A stretch of DNA of 63,221 nucleotides, filler included, from Octopus bimaculoides (taxonomy: Eukaryota), in NCBI RefSeq assembly GCF_001194135.2. It is 6 parts of 6 records of this genome, joined end to end, with 100 filler letters (N's around TTAATTAATTAA, not from the genome) between each part and the next. Parts side by side here need not be neighbours in the genome. Positions count along the whole stretch, not along the records: positions 13,110 to 30,839 come from NC_068992.1; positions 30,940 to 54,508 come from NC_068985.1; 4 more parts are not named here. One strand, written 5' to 3'. The notes beneath the pieces were generated by a model. The model was not told the origin of the DNA. It did no database searches and saw nothing but the letters and a program-made list of their open reading frames with translations. Shown in pieces: positions 25,130 to 39,167 of the stretch (the first letter of the stretch is position 1; each line of letters begins with the position of its first letter). The position numbers were made by a program, and so were the translations under genes.

Positions 25130-25320
25130 AGGCGGCGAGCTGGCAGAATTGTTAACAGGCCAATCAAAATGCTTAGAGGCATTTCGTCTGTATCTGCGTT
25201 CTGAGTTCAAATTCCACCGATGTTAAATTTGCCTTTCACCCTTTCGGGACCGATGAAATAATTACCAGTACTGGAGTCGATATAATCGACTAGCGCCTCC
25301 CCGTAAATTTCAGGCCTTTT
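25130..25320 (+). mobile_element. SINE family B copy
   Basis: AGGCGGCGAGCTGGCAGAA head, GAGTTCAAATTCC B-box-like motif and shared body. A minus-strand fragment precedes it at about 25000-25105. Confidence 0.85.
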
Positions 25321-25819
25321 ATAGAAAACTGTGTGGCGATAAACAGTTTCTTCATTTTGGTTAGCGTCAACAAACACAGACACCCCAATCACGATCAAGG
25401 TAATATAAATCCATCAGGCAGACCATTATGTCAAACTGTTGTATATATTAAGTATTCCTTATCATGTACATCACCTCCACTGGCGAGGCTGGCCAACAGA
25501 CAACTCTATTATTCTGGCACCATTAACCGAACCCAGTCACGTATGGCTTCCTTCATACCAGACCACTGTTTCTCCCAACTCATATTGTCACGAGTCATTC
25601 CACATTATATATTTTCATCTAACGCGTATAATTTACATGCCTCTCTCTTGATATGAATGTTAGCTTCTACCAACCTTGATCTTGGTATGACCTTATTTTC
25701 TCTGCCTTCTTTTAGCTTTCCTCTATTCTTCCCGACTGTAGCAAAGCAAAAGCTTTCTGCTGTAGTTCACATTCTGTTTCCAATGACAGAATAGATCACT
25801 GCTATATCTCATTCCGAAA

Positions 25820-26370
25820 AAATATCGATATTGACGAACGTGCTGGGAGATCCACAACCAGCAGAACAGAAAAGACATCGCAGATGTGCGTACAGGTGTG
25901 AGGGGAAATCTTCGAATCACCATTTGTGAGTTATCAGAGGATGTGCAGATTAGTTATGGTTCAGTTCAGTCTATTATCACTGAAGTTTTGGGTATGAAAC
26001 GCGTGTCTGCCAAGTTTGTGCCACAACTGCTTTCAGCTGACCGAAAGAACACAAGATCTCTTTGATTCTGTCGAGAACGATGAAAACTTTGCATAAGCCT
26101 CTGAACAGGTATTGCCAAGCTATTGGCAAAATTTGACGCAGATTCTCTGCTCAATTTTCTCTGTCATGGTCAATGCGACGATCACACGCCACACACTTTC
26201 CTTCCAAGCACTGCTGTAAACAGTGGAAGTAAGCTAAAACTTAGTGGAAGTAAGCAAAACTGCACATACGTATCAGAGTTCAAGGTCAATATTTGCCAAG
26301 CGGCTTCACTCTGCATGCTTTAGCTTTGTTACTATGGCAACAGTCCGGTTACTTATTGATCAGACCACGG
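25820..26370 (+). mobile_element. Mariner transposase relic with right TIR
   Basis: DIDERAGRSTTSRTE...ITICELSEDVQISYGSVQSIITEVLGMKRVSAKFVPQLL (HTH plus WVP-like motif). The end AGTCCGGTTACTTATTGATCAGACCACG resembles a mariner TIR. Confidence 0.75.
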
Positions 26371-26387
26371 ATATATATGAACGAAAT

Positions 26388-26428
<41 letters not shown>

Positions 26429-26629
26429 GAGAGAGATAGATAGATAGATAGAGAGAGAGATAGATAGGTGAGTGGGTAGGTAGGTAGGTAGGTAGGTAGA
26501 TAATTCCAGGCCGTGACACATTTCGTAGTTTCAGCGTTTTAAAAATATATTTCTACATATGTATATGTGTGTATATATGTATGCATATATGCATATATAT
26601 ATATATATATATATTCCTCTGTGTGTGTT

Positions 26630-26668
<39 letters not shown>

Positions 26669-27046
26669 GTCTCTCTCTCTCTCTCTGTTGTGTGTGTGTG
26701 TAGAAAGAATGATAGATAGATAGATAGACATACGTATGTATATATATATATATATGAGTGTGTTTATGTATGTGATCTATCTATTACACACATACACATA
26801 TATATATACATACATACTGATATATGCAGCTGACGGTTTGACTGTATATTTATTAGCAAATGTGTATGTATGCATGTACGCCTGTGTGTGTGCGGTGGAC
26901 GATGTGTGTATGCATGCGCGTGCGTGCGTGTGTGTGTGGGTGTGTGTGTATGTTATCTCGAAGTGTGTAACTTGTGTGTACGCATGTGTCTGCGTGTGTA
27001 TGTGCGGGCGTGTGTGTGTGTGAGAGAGAGAGATAGAGAGGTGCGT

Positions 27047-27097
<51 letters not shown>

Positions 27098-27405
27098 TTG
27101 GGGAGTTAATCTTCTGTAAACAATTACATTTTTGTGAATCAATTCCGCAAGATGGCGATGTTACGATTTTTCAAGAGGTTTCTCTCCAACCATTCTAGAA
27201 AAAACTGCCTGCAACTAGATTCTTTCTTATTATTATATAATTAGACGGAGCAAGAAAACCATCCAAATTCTTCTCTCTTGGCACCAAATAAAAATTCTCC
27301 TTTTCTCCTGTTTTCTATTGTATTCCATGTCAAGGAGCAACAAGAAAAGCGATTTTGACAGCAACGTTAACAACAACATCACCAGCGACGTCAACGGCGT
27401 CCTCA

Positions 27406-27436
<31 letters not shown>

Positions 27437-27554
27437 TGGTATATTGGTAACAACAAGCACATCAACAACTAACGCCGAAAATAAAATCGCCAACAACAAC
27501 AACAACTGTAACACCAACAGCATCAACGACAATATGAACCATAGAACTGGTTTC

Positions 27555-27700
27555 AAATATTGGCAAAAAAATCCCAGTAATTTCGGTGAGCGGGGGTGGG
27601 CGCTAGTTGATTACATCGACCCCAGTGTCCAACTGGTACTTATCTTCTCGATTCCAATAGGATTGTAGGCAAAGTCGACATTGGCGGGATTTGAACTGCC
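27555..27700 (-). mobile_element. SINE family B fragment
   Basis: GATTACATCGACCCCAGTGTCCAACTGGTACTTA...GGCAAAGTCGAC...GATTTGAAC. Confidence 0.7.
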
Positions 27701-27739
27701 ACTGTTGATAATAATAATAATAATTATCTAAAAAGTGGG

Positions 27740-29450
27740 AACCCTATACTGTTACAATCTGTTTTCTAGTGAGACTCCTATCTATATACGATCTAGATGA
27801 TCCTAAGCTGTTGTTCCAGGCCCACATTGGTGCACTAGAGAAATCTCGTCGGTACCTGTCAGACAGTTGGAACTGGATGATCAGGTACTTGAGGCTTTTG
27901 CATCCCTGTCTTCTATCAGCTACTCCCACACAATCCCAGCGTTGATCCAAGATTCCGTTCAGGTCCCCTACTAACAGTAAAGAGTAAGACGTACCTAGAA
28001 AGGCTTCCAGACACCTACAGGAATCTAGCCGTTTGGCTCCGGTAGGAGCGTAGACGGCTACAAGTCCAAAGACATTACCTTCACTGTTGCTCACGTTCAA
28101 GACCACCAACTTCCCGTCCGGTTCTCGGAATCTGGACTTTACATCGAGATCCAGTTCTTTACATCCACTCCACTTCCCATTCCCGGTCGACTAACATATG
28201 CAGAGATCTGATAGTCGTCGAATATGGGGGCCGTTGCGATGTTTGCGGTTCTCGTCCCGGCGTAGGCTGCAGTGGAAGCCGCAGGCTGCAGTGGAGGCCG
28301 CAGGCTGCAGTGGAGGCCGTAGGCAGCAGTGGAGGCCGCAGGCAGCAGCGAGCAGCCGAATGAGTCGTTTCTCCACACCTGAAACTATGAGGCCTTTTGT
28401 CCTCAGCCCTGATATGTATTACCATCCCGTTCTGAAGACGGATGTGGTCCGGGATTATTTTTTTGTTTTCGGGTCTGATCTGGAAAAGGATCTCCAGGTC
28501 AACTCCTGACCAATCCTCCTTGGTAGTTTTTGTCACCTCTATAGGGACACTATCCGTCCCCTCCACGATTACGTATCCCAGAAGCCACCAAATATCTTGT
28601 CCTTGGGATATTTGAAGAATGTGAATACGGGCTGTACGTTTCCCCATGTGGCAGGGGTCCATGATGATTCTTCTGGTTTTGCAAGGAGTCATTGAATGCT
28701 TCATAGCGAGGGCTGCTGATTTAAACAGCACTGAAATGGTGCCGTATTGTTTTCCCCTCGCTATGTATTCGATGTCATTTTTTACGCACCTCAGCACCGC
28801 CTCAATACCTACTTGGGCTATCAAAGCCGCTCTTTTCGTGTCTCCTGAGGTGCAATCTGAAAAGCACCGTTCTTCTCTCCACTGCTTCAATTGCCTCTGA
28901 TGGGCTCGTCGGATTTGCCCAATTTTTTTCGTGTTTAATTTTAGTTTCCATGCCTTTGGGAGCATCTGCTCCCTATTTGTGAGATCTACGGAAAATCGAG
29001 ATCGAGCGAACTTTGCCCTTTTGCTCGACGTGTGGTTTCCCTCCACGCTGAGCTCGCCTTGGGTCACCTGCGTTACCGTTTGGTCTTGGCTGCTGCTGGT
29101 GCAAATCTATTTTTGATATTTTTATTTGTATTGTTTTCGTTGTTGTTTTTGTTGTTGTCACTGTTGCTGAAGCTGCTGCTGCCGATGTCGTTCTCATCGA
29201 TGTTGTTCGCATAGGTTTTGTTGTTGTTGCTGTCGTCACTTTTGCTGTTGCTTTCACTACTGCCCCAGCTGTTGCTTTCTTTTTCGTGGTTGTTGCTGCT
29301 CTCACTACCACTAATGCTGCGGCAGCTGTCAATGTTGCCGCTGCTGCTGTTGTCATTTTTACCAATATTACTGTTTCTGCTTCTATTGTTGTTACTGTTC
29401 GTTGTACTTTGTACCATGACAGTCTTGTTCTTCTCCTCCTACCCTTCTCC
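27740..29450 (-). mobile_element. Tx1/L1-clade LINE 5' portion (ORF1 plus partial APE endonuclease)
   Basis: Asn/Ser-rich N-terminus (29073-29417). ORF1 28159-29067 with a decayed CCHC knuckle SFRCGETTHSAARC. ORF 27744-28109 has VAVYAP, LLVGDLNGILD and WAWNNSLGSSRSYIDR. The N-terminal half of the endonuclease is deleted. Confidence 0.85.
28261..28349. repeat. 19-bp GC-rich tandem repeat, about 4.7 units
   Basis: CG(T/C)AGGC(T/A)GCAGTGGA(A/G)GC units start at 28261, 28280, 28299, 28318 and 28337. Confidence 0.95.
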
Positions 29451-29503
29451 TGTATTGTTGCCCGTGACAGAGGGAAGCGGAGGGAAGACTTGATCTGTTA
29501 CCA

Positions 29504-29574
<71 letters not shown>

Positions 29575-30004
29575 ATATATTATTAAAAAAATGGCAAAAC
29601 ATCATNNNNNNNNNNNNNNNNNNNNNNNNNNNNNNNNNNNNNNNNNNNNNNNNNNNNNNNNNNNNNNNNNNNNNNNNNNNNNNNNNNNNNNNNNNNNNNN
29701 NNNNNNNNNNNNNNNNNNNNNNNNNNNNNNNNNNNNNNNNNNNNNNNNNNNNNNNNNNNNNNNNNNNNNNNNNNNNNNNNNNNNNNNNNNNNNNNNNNNN
29801 NNNNNNNNNNNNNNNNNNNNNNNNNNNNNNNNNNNNNNNNNNNNNNNNNNNNNNNNNNNNNNNNNNNNNNNNNNNNNNNNNNNNNNNNNNNNNNNNNNNN
29901 NNNNNNNNNNNNNNNNNNNNNNNNNNNNNNNNNNNNNNNNNNNNNNNNNNNNNNNNNNNNNNNNNNNNNNNNNNNNNNNNNNNNNNNNNNNNNNNNNNNN
30001 NNNN

Positions 30005-30036
<32 letters not shown>

Positions 30037-30449
30037 GCATTTGTATTGCTATATTTCATACAAATCTTTCTTACCCAATCCAACACCTTCTTCGCCCACA
30101 CAGCTCTGTAACTTGTCTTTGCAAGGTTTCCACATCTTTTGTCTTTGCAACGTTTCCACATCTTTTGTCCTTGTGGCCAATGTATGAAATCACTTTATCC
30201 AATTCATTAAATCCTTCCTTATCATCCCACGCTATTTCCATCATCTTGCATTAATACACTGTCCGCTATATTCCATCCTTAGAATATTTTATTTAATTCC
30301 TATTTTTTAATATATTCATATATTAACAATATTGCGTTTGTTGTTATTGTTGTTGTTGTTATAGTTGATATTGATGTTGTTTTTCTTCTTGCGCATGAAG
30401 ATAATCATTTATAATTTATCTCTTATATTCTATCTATTATTTGTTTCCA

Positions 30450-30650
30450 TCATTCATTTCGGTGGCCATGTTGGGGCACCGCCTTAAAGAATTTTAGTCG
30501 AACGAATTGACACCAGCGCGTGTGTGTCTTTGTTAAAAGATTGGCACTTATTATCTAGTTCTCTTTTGCCGAATTGCTAATGGGAACGTAAACACACCAA
30601 GACCGGTTGACGAGTGGTGGTAGTAGCTGGAGCAATGGAACCACAAACAC
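30450..30650 (-). mobile_element. SINE family A tail fragment
   Basis: GGCCATGTTGGGGCACCGCC...TTAGTCGAACGAATTGAC...TTTTGCCGAATTGCTAA...GTAAACACACC. Confidence 0.7.
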
Positions 30651-30741
30651 GCACAAATGTATGTATATATGTATGTATGTATGCATGTATGTATGCGTGT
30701 ATGTATTTACTTGTATATGTATATATGTACTTATACATCTG

Positions 30742-30839
<98 letters not shown>

Positions 30840-30943
30840 NNNNNNNNNNNNNNNNNNNNNNNNNNNNNNNNNNNNNNNNNNNNTTAATTAATTAANNNNN
30901 NNNNNNNNNNNNNNNNNNNNNNNNNNNNNNNNNNNNNNNTAAT

Positions 30944-33900
30944 TTGGATCAATCCAAAGCTTTCGACAGGGTAGAACATCGATACTTGGAGATTGTCCTC
31001 ATAGCGGCTGGTTTCGGTCCCGTCTTCCGCGCCTGGATAGCTGCTTTGTACAAAGGCATCCGTTCAGTAATTCGCGTAAAGGGACATCTATCGAGACCCT
31101 TCGACATTGCACCTTCGGTCCGTCAGAGTTGCCCCCTCTCGTCGCTTCTATACGTATTGACTCTGGAGCCACTACTGCGGAAGCTGGCGACGCTGAGGGG
31201 CATCCCGCGAGAATTGGGATGCGCGACAAGCGTTTCTGCATACGCGGTGCGGGACGAGCGTGTCTGCATACGCGGACGAAGTCACCGTCATAGTGTTTAA
31301 CCCAGTGCTTTTCAACCTTTTTGCTGGAGCGAAACCCCAAGGAAACATTCAACTGGCTCGAGGAATCCCTGTGCAATAATTCAATTGTCTTATGCAAAAA
31401 AAACAGCATTTAAATAATGAAATGAAAATACTCATGTTCAGATTTATTTACAATAAAAACACAAACTGTAAAAAAATTGTCACGTACATATGCAATTTTA
31501 TTCTTGCATCTACAGTTATTATCAAAACATGTATTAAAAAACTTTAGCTTGAATAGATTACATTTATTCTCATCAAAAACTCAATGAGAAACTTGAGCCT
31601 GGTGTTTCTTGCACAACTCTTTAAAATTGGGTCGTGTTTTTGATAGACACACACGAAGTTCATCTTCCACAGACAGCAATTGTGCTCGCTTCTTGTGCTT
31701 GATAGTTGTCAGGGCTGAAAATCCAAATTTACACAAGTAGGAGGTTGAAAACTGCACAAGAAGTCGCAGCACTTTCTGGGCAATTGCAGGATATTCCTTT
31801 TCAACCAGCAACCAAAATGCAGTCAAGTTAAGCTCAGAATGCTTCAACTTTAATGTTCTGTCATTTAAAACACTGACAAGTTCTTCTTCTGTTAATGTGA
31901 ATTGTTCTTCAAATGGCTCAAATTCCACAAATGAATTTCTAATCCAGTCATACTGGTCAACAGATATCGATGGAAAATATTTGCCAGCATTTGTTAACAA
32001 AGTGTGCAAATGGTTCAAAATCAGTAGCGCAATTTCTTGACAATTCCTTTTAAAAACACTTGGAAACATTTCCAAATTTCCTGCAGCTATGCGTTTCTTC
32101 CATATTGTCAATTTCTTCTGAAAAGCATTTATTTTGTCAGTAGAAGACAAGATATTTTCCTTCCTGCCCTGCATGCCATTGTTCAAGAGGTTTACCTCAT
32201 GAAATATATCCTGTCATTGCAGAGGAACCATCTGTACAAATACCAACTCAATTTTTCCAGTTCAATCCACAATACTCTAAATATGAATTCAAAACATCAA
32301 ATACATTTTGTCCTTTTCTTGTTTCTGGCAACTCTTTGCAACACAGGAAGTCTTCTACAATAGCTTCATCATTAATAAAACGAACAAATACAAGGAGCTG
32401 TGCTTTACCAGTGATGTCTGTACTCTCATCAACTTGAAGTGCAAACAACTTATATCTCGGTATTTTTGCCTTAATATTGCACTCAATGTCTCATGATATG
32501 TCTTGAATACTTATTATGTTGTCAGAAAGTGGAATTTTATTTAGTTCTAATACAGCATCTTCTCCAAACATTGTCCTCACTATTTCCTGGCATGCAGGTA
32601 AAATTACAGTTTCAGCGATGGTATGAGATTTCAGTTTTCTTGCAACTATCTCCGCCACAGCATAACTTGCTTCTTGTCCTTTGTCACTCAACTTGAACTT
32701 TTTGGCAAACATAGAATCTTGCTTTTATTAAATGCCAATTCTCTTTTAAAATATTGCTCATTTTTGCCTGACAACTCTGGACGTTTAGTTGTTAAGTGTC
32801 GTTTCAGGTTGCCTGGTGCCATAGCACTATTAGCCAGCTTCTCCCCACAAACAGTACACAAAGGTGAAGGGCAGTCTGGGTTTCCAGTCCAAGTAAATCC
32901 CAGAGCTATGTAGTTTTCACAATATTGACGAACTTTTAGTTGCAAGTTAATTCCACCCTTTCTTGGTAATTTCGACGAGACAGCATCACTGTCAGTGGCT
33001 GCGGCTTCAACAGACTGCCTCAGACCCTGCGTCTCTTCATCTGCATCTAACTTACGTTTTTTCAGAAATCTATCCATACTTGTAAGGCTGTAAGCAGAAT
33101 TGTATATATATAAAAGCAAACCTAATAGTGGCAGGACAAAATGATCTTTAAAGTGTAGCGAGTCTAATGATGTAAAATTTAGCTTTTTTATTAATGTTTT
33201 TTTTAGTAATAGGTATTTGATTATATTTAAACAATATGCAGATAATAATAAAATAGATTTTCGGATTTGAATTTAAAATGTCGTTTATTTGTTCATTGTT
33301 CTAATTTAGAAATTTGTAAGGAATTAATATTTATGCATATTTACATATCCTATAATTTAGTATCAGTTTCCCTATTTCTTATTTTTTTTCTACATATGCA
33401 ATTCAACTCTCGAATTTTATAATCTTAACATTTGACCAAATATTAATAGATGTCATACAAGAAAAACATTTTACAAAAACGCCTTTTAAAAAGCTAAAGA
33501 TCGTTTAAAAGGCGGATTAACAACACCTAAATGGCTTACGCAGTTAAAATGTTTCTTCCAAATATAGTCACTCGTATTTTACAAAAGAAAACTAAATCAT
33601 CATCTAAGCTGGCATGCAACTCGTAGATGTGCACGTACATGTACACACCAAGGATCAGGGTCATCTACGCTGGTGTGTAACTCGTAGATGTAGACGTAGG
33701 CCTAACATGTACACACATATCTGCACAGGAGAATTAAAAATTACTGTCGATTTTAGCATTTATGTAACTTCTTGCGGAACTCCTGGACTGTACTGGCGGA
33801 ACCCTAAGATTCAGCGGAACCCTGGTTGAAAACCACTGGTCTAGCCAGAAGCACATCGAGCTGGTCGGTAACAGGAGCGAAAATCAACCGGGAAAATTCA

Positions 33901-34175
33901 GTGGGCTTGCGGCTCGACACCTGGAGAAGCAAGCCCATGCCGTCCACAAGCATCTCCATCGTAGGACGCTGGCCCGACGGTCCAGTCGAGTTGCTCGGGG
34001 TCTGGTTTGGTGCGGACCTCCAAACAGAGAAGAACTGGAACGAGATAATGAGTAGGGTGGTCACTCTCGCCTGGCAATGTGCCGAGAGGAAGCTGTCCCT
34101 AAAAGGTCGGGAGGAGGTGGTGAACACGTACATCGCTTCCGTCATCTACTACTGCCTGACCGTCGTGCCTTGTCC
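30944..34175 (+). mobile_element. Tx1/L1-clade LINE reverse transcriptase fragment split by an hAT insertion
   Basis: DQSKAFDRV, VRQSCPLSSLLY and YADEVTVIV before 31303. SSQKHIELV...INRENSVGL...VELLGVWF...LSLKGR..VVNTYIASVIYYCL after 33838. The frame rejoins when the hAT and one TSD are removed. Confidence 0.9.
31303..33838 (-). mobile_element. hAT Buster/Charlie-type DNA transposon, internally deleted and defective
   Basis: TIRs CAGTGCTTTTCAACC / GGTTGAAAACCACTG. TSD GTTTAACC (31295-31302) vs GTCTAGCC (33839-33846). BED finger CTVCGEKL...LKRHL, FALQVDESTD, ICTDGSSAM and hATC region STSYLCKFGFS. Confidence 0.95.
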
Positions 34176-34179
34176 CGAC

Positions 34180-34680
34180 CCTACCAAAGTCGACCTCGGC
34201 TATAGTAATCGTTTCTAATTTAGACAGAAGGCTTGTAATTTTTGAGAAGAGATTTGTCGATAATATCGACCCCAATACTTAACTGGTATTTTATTTTATC
34301 GACTCATCGATAAAAGTTATCGATAAGTACCAGTCATCACTGGGGTCAGGAATTTCGGGAGATGGGGGTGAGTCGATTACACCAACCCCGGGGCGCAACT
34401 TGTTCTTATTTTATCAATCTCCTCAAGGATGAAAGGCAAAATCGATCTTGGTGGAAACTGAATTGAGAACGTAAAGATGGACGAAACACTCATGTTTTAA
34501 TATTAATTTTGATTTCAAATTTTGGCACAAGTTCAGCAATTTCGGGAGATGGGGGTGAGTTGCTTACATCGACCCCAGTTCTCAACTGGTACTTATTTCA
34601 TCGATGTCTGAAGGATGAACAGCAAAATCGACCTCGACGGAAATTAAACTAAGAATGTAAAAACCTACAAAATGCCGTTA
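34180..34680 (-). mobile_element. Cluster of SINE family B fragments
   Basis: At least three repeats of ATCGACCCC...AACTGGTA(C/T)TTATTT...ATCG...GGATGAA...AAAATCGA(C/T)CT. Confidence 0.7.
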
Positions 34681-35004
34681 ATTAATATTAATATTGATCA
34701 CTGTTATAGTGTCAGTCATCGATTCAGTCGATCTCTGATAGATTTGCATAAATGAAAAGATGTAGTCTACGTTAGTATTACCACTACTTCTATATTTAGA
34801 ATATATGTCATGTCTTCTGGTATTGTGAATATCTAATGTTCATATTGGTCGACAATACATGTCAGGATGGCTCTTAAGTCACAACATACAACTCTTGGTT
34901 AAAGAAGCAGCTAGCACATGTATATACATATACATGCACACACACACACACACTTACACAAGCAGATGCGTACAAACATACAGATTCACACACACACGCT
35001 TGTG

Positions 35005-35041
<37 letters not shown>

Positions 35042-35078
35042 AATTTTATAAATAATATGAATCACACACACATATAGA

Positions 35079-35149
<71 letters not shown>

Positions 35150-35545
35150 ATATATATAATATATATATAATATGCATATATTTGTAATGTATATAAATAT
35201 ATGAATATATATGTATATTTATTTATGCATATATATCTATATCAATATACATGTTTATCTAGATACACACATATACATATATGCACACACGCGCGCGCGC
35301 GCGCATACGCGCACACACATACACATACTCGCATTCAATAAAGCGTTGTAAAAAAAAAAAATCTTTTTTCTGATTCTGATAATTCTTCCAAAACCTGTAA
35401 ATTTAATGTTTTTTTTTTTTAAAACAGAACCAGACCCATATATCTATATATATATATATTCCTGTTGTGCCTGATGTTGTGCCTATCTTACAATTATTGA
35501 AGCGATGTTGTTATTGTTGCATCGTTGTTTACTACCTTTTATTCC

Positions 35546-35618
<73 letters not shown>

Positions 35619-35667
35619 CAGCACCAGCACAAGCACCACCACCAGCACCACTACCACCACCAGCACC

Positions 35668-35742
<75 letters not shown>
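35546..35742. repeat. Compound (TAC)n-(CAC/CAG)n-(TAC)n microsatellite
   Basis: Direct reading; the source of the poly-T/Y/L/P ORFs. Confidence 0.95.
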
Positions 35743-35808
35743 GTGAGCTTCTGCTCTCGCCTCTGCTACGTTCGCTGTTAGAATCACGATTGAAATAACT
35801 ACGATGTA

Positions 35809-35846
<38 letters not shown>

Positions 35847-37347
35847 GTCTCTGTCTGTCTGTCTGTCTCTCTCTCTGTGTCCTTTTCCAGTCGATTTTCA
35901 TGTGCGTGTCTTTCATCTCTCCCTAAACTCAACTCTTGTCCATACAGTCACTCCTGCTTTTATTCTCTCTCTCTCTCTCTCTCCCCCTCTCATTCACTCT
36001 CTTTCACTATTACTTTCTGCCTTTCGGTTCCTGCTCTTTCTCCGTCCCTCCTTCCCTATACGTTCTCTACTTCTTCCTCGCATGCTCGCCATCCTATCCG
36101 ACATCTCCCGTATAACTGCAGTTCGCTCAACCTATAACTAAAGAGTCGCCTTGCTAGCTTCAGCATCTGCACAAACGCAATCGATAGTAGTCTGTTATTC
36201 ATTCATTCATTCATTCATTCATTCATTCATTCAATCATTCATTTCTCCTTCTTCTTCTTCTTCTTCTTCTTCTTCTTCTTCTTCTTCTTCTTCTTCTTCT
36301 TCTTCTTCTCCTCCTCCTCCTCCTCCTCCTCCTCCTCCTCCTTCTTCTTCTTCTTCTTCTTCTTCTTCGTTNNNNNNNNNNNNNNNNNNNNNNNNNNNNN
36401 NNNNNNNNNNNNNNNNNNNNNNNNNNNNNNNNNNNNNNNNNNNNNNNNNNNNNNNNNNNNNNNNNNNNNNNNNNNNNNNNNNNNNNNNNNNNNNNNNNNN
36501 NNNNNNNNNNNNNNNNNNNNNNNNNNNNNNNNNNNNNNNNNNNNNNNNNNNNNNNNNNNNNNNNNNNNNNNNNNNNNNNNNNNNNNNNNNNNNNNNNNNN
36601 NNNNNNNNNNNNNNNNNNNNNNNNNNNNNNNNNNNNNNNNNNNNNNNNNNNNNNNNNNNNNNNNNNNNTCGTCATCATCATCATCATCATCATCATCATC
36701 GTCGTCATCATCATCATCATCATCATCATCATCACTTTGTTAAACTATAACAAATCTGTGTTTGCACGACACAGAATCGGTCCAGTGTGTACACTCTGCA
36801 CAAAACTGTAGTCGGACAAGGGAGGCAGGAAAAACGAAAAAAAACAAAAAAAAAAAAGAGCAAAAAACAAAAACAACAACATATCAGTAAACAATAACAA
36901 ACAAAAACAAAACAAAACAAAAAGGTCTGTAAGAAATTCCATAAAATCGAAAAAAAAAAAAGAAAAAAGAAATTGAGTAAAAACAAAAGACAAACACTGA
37001 CAAACATACAACGATAAACAAATTCTGATCCAGAGAAGAAACGAAAAAAAGTGTTGAAGTTATTTCTTTATATACATACATACATACATGAAATGCGAAC
37101 TTACAGAAGAGAGTTGAAGATATCAATATTATAATCGCATATATTTCTTTTCGCGCATCACACGTCTTAATTCACTGTTTTCTGTTTCTGATTTATTTTA
37201 TTATTTTTCGTTTTCTTATTGTCTTTCCGAGATACATATAATCTATCTCCTCTTAAGTTACCGTCTGAGGAACAATACATTTTCTTTATTATTTTTCTGA
37301 CAAAGCTATCACTTCCTTTCTGCTGACTTGTTTTCATTTTTTTAAAA

Positions 37348-37407
<60 letters not shown>

Positions 37408-38628
37408 TATCTTTCTCTTTTCTTTCTTTCTTTCTTTCATACATATCACATTCCACGTCTACATCTATTAGATTTTATGGAATCTGCCTTTTACCGATGA
37501 AGATAACAAGACTGAACTAAACAGAAAGATACAGGAAGAAGAGAAGAGACAAAAATGATACACTAAAAAGGAAAAAAAAAACAACAACAAAAAAGCTGAA
37601 AGGAAAGAATAATTTTGTATAAATGTTCTACTAACATTTACATTATATCACATCTAACATAGGATAGCAAACATTCAGCAGGGGAACAACGAAACTGGCT
37701 ATTTCTCGCCTACAGATTTAGCTCTCGTGTGACATGAGGTTTGTATATTAACGATTTCAACGAGTGACATACTTCGATCTAGTTTTCAGGTCAAAGTGGA
37801 AAAGACACATGCATGCATATAGATGTATACATACATATATATATACATGCATCATGCATACATATATACGAGTAAATATACATATATTCACGCGTACATA
37901 TATACAAAATATGCGCAAACATATATATACGTACATACGTACATACATACATCTATACATACATAAATACATACGTACGTGCATACATACTGTATTATGC
38001 ACACACAGATATATTCAATTCTCCCTCCAACAATAGGCATCTATAGTCATGTATGTATATGTATGCTGGCGTATGATTGAATGTATATATATGTATATTT
38101 ATACAAGTGCTTATGTATGTATGTATGTATGTATGTGTGTGTATGTGTGTGTGTGGGGTATGTATGTATGTGCATGTATTTATGTATATATGAATGTTTT
38201 GGAATAACAGAGGCTAAAATAAGAATCATAACTAAGAACTAATATCTGTATCACATACAGAAAACAAGTGAGGTAATGAAAGTACATTGCCGGGGATTGT
38301 CGAAGGCTAGAACGTAGCTTTCGTGTGTGTTCGGTAAGTTACGGCTCCTCAGAGATAAGAAGCGTCCATTATATTTAGAATAAGTCTGCTGCATTGACGC
38401 GTGCGTAGATTGGGAGTTTATGCTATGATCAGCGTGTGCACGTGTGCAAGTAATACATTTACACAACTAATCATTGCATTTATGTGTATATAGATCAGCC
38501 TATATCAATATCTTTCACTATCTCTGCTTTCACTCTCTTATTTATATGTGTGTGTGTGTGCGTGCGTGAGTGTGTGCGGGTATGTGTGTATAAATACATG
38601 TATATACTTGCATATACACACACTAAAA

Positions 38629-38669
<41 letters not shown>

Positions 38670-38863
38670 TGCGGTTGTATATTGAGGTTTGTTTTTTTGG
38701 TGAATTAATATATGACATATACTTTACACCAAACTGAAGGATTACACGACACTTTTTAGCAGAGTACATATATATTAATTTTTACACAGAAAAGATAGAC
38801 AGTGATTGCGAAGCTCCAGCTTCCAACTAGTTAATAATTAGTAATAACTTCGAAGTCCCTCAG

Positions 38864-38895
<32 letters not shown>

Positions 38896-39015
38896 TACAC
38901 AAACAGCACTGAATTTATATATGTATGTATATTATTTATATATGTACCTAAGCATATGTAATAATTTTTTATAATAAATATCATGCGTAAAATATTTATA
39001 AATGTGAAATATGTA

Positions 39016-39112
<97 letters not shown>

Positions 39113-39167
39113 TATGTATATATATATATGTATATATATATGTATATATATATAATTCTTAAACAAA

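Noticed and set aside
28425-28460. CTGAAGA-CGGA/TCCG hairpin in the antisense of LINE ORF1
   Set aside because: Followed by GGAT rather than GAAA, with no helix I or III; chance within coding sequence.
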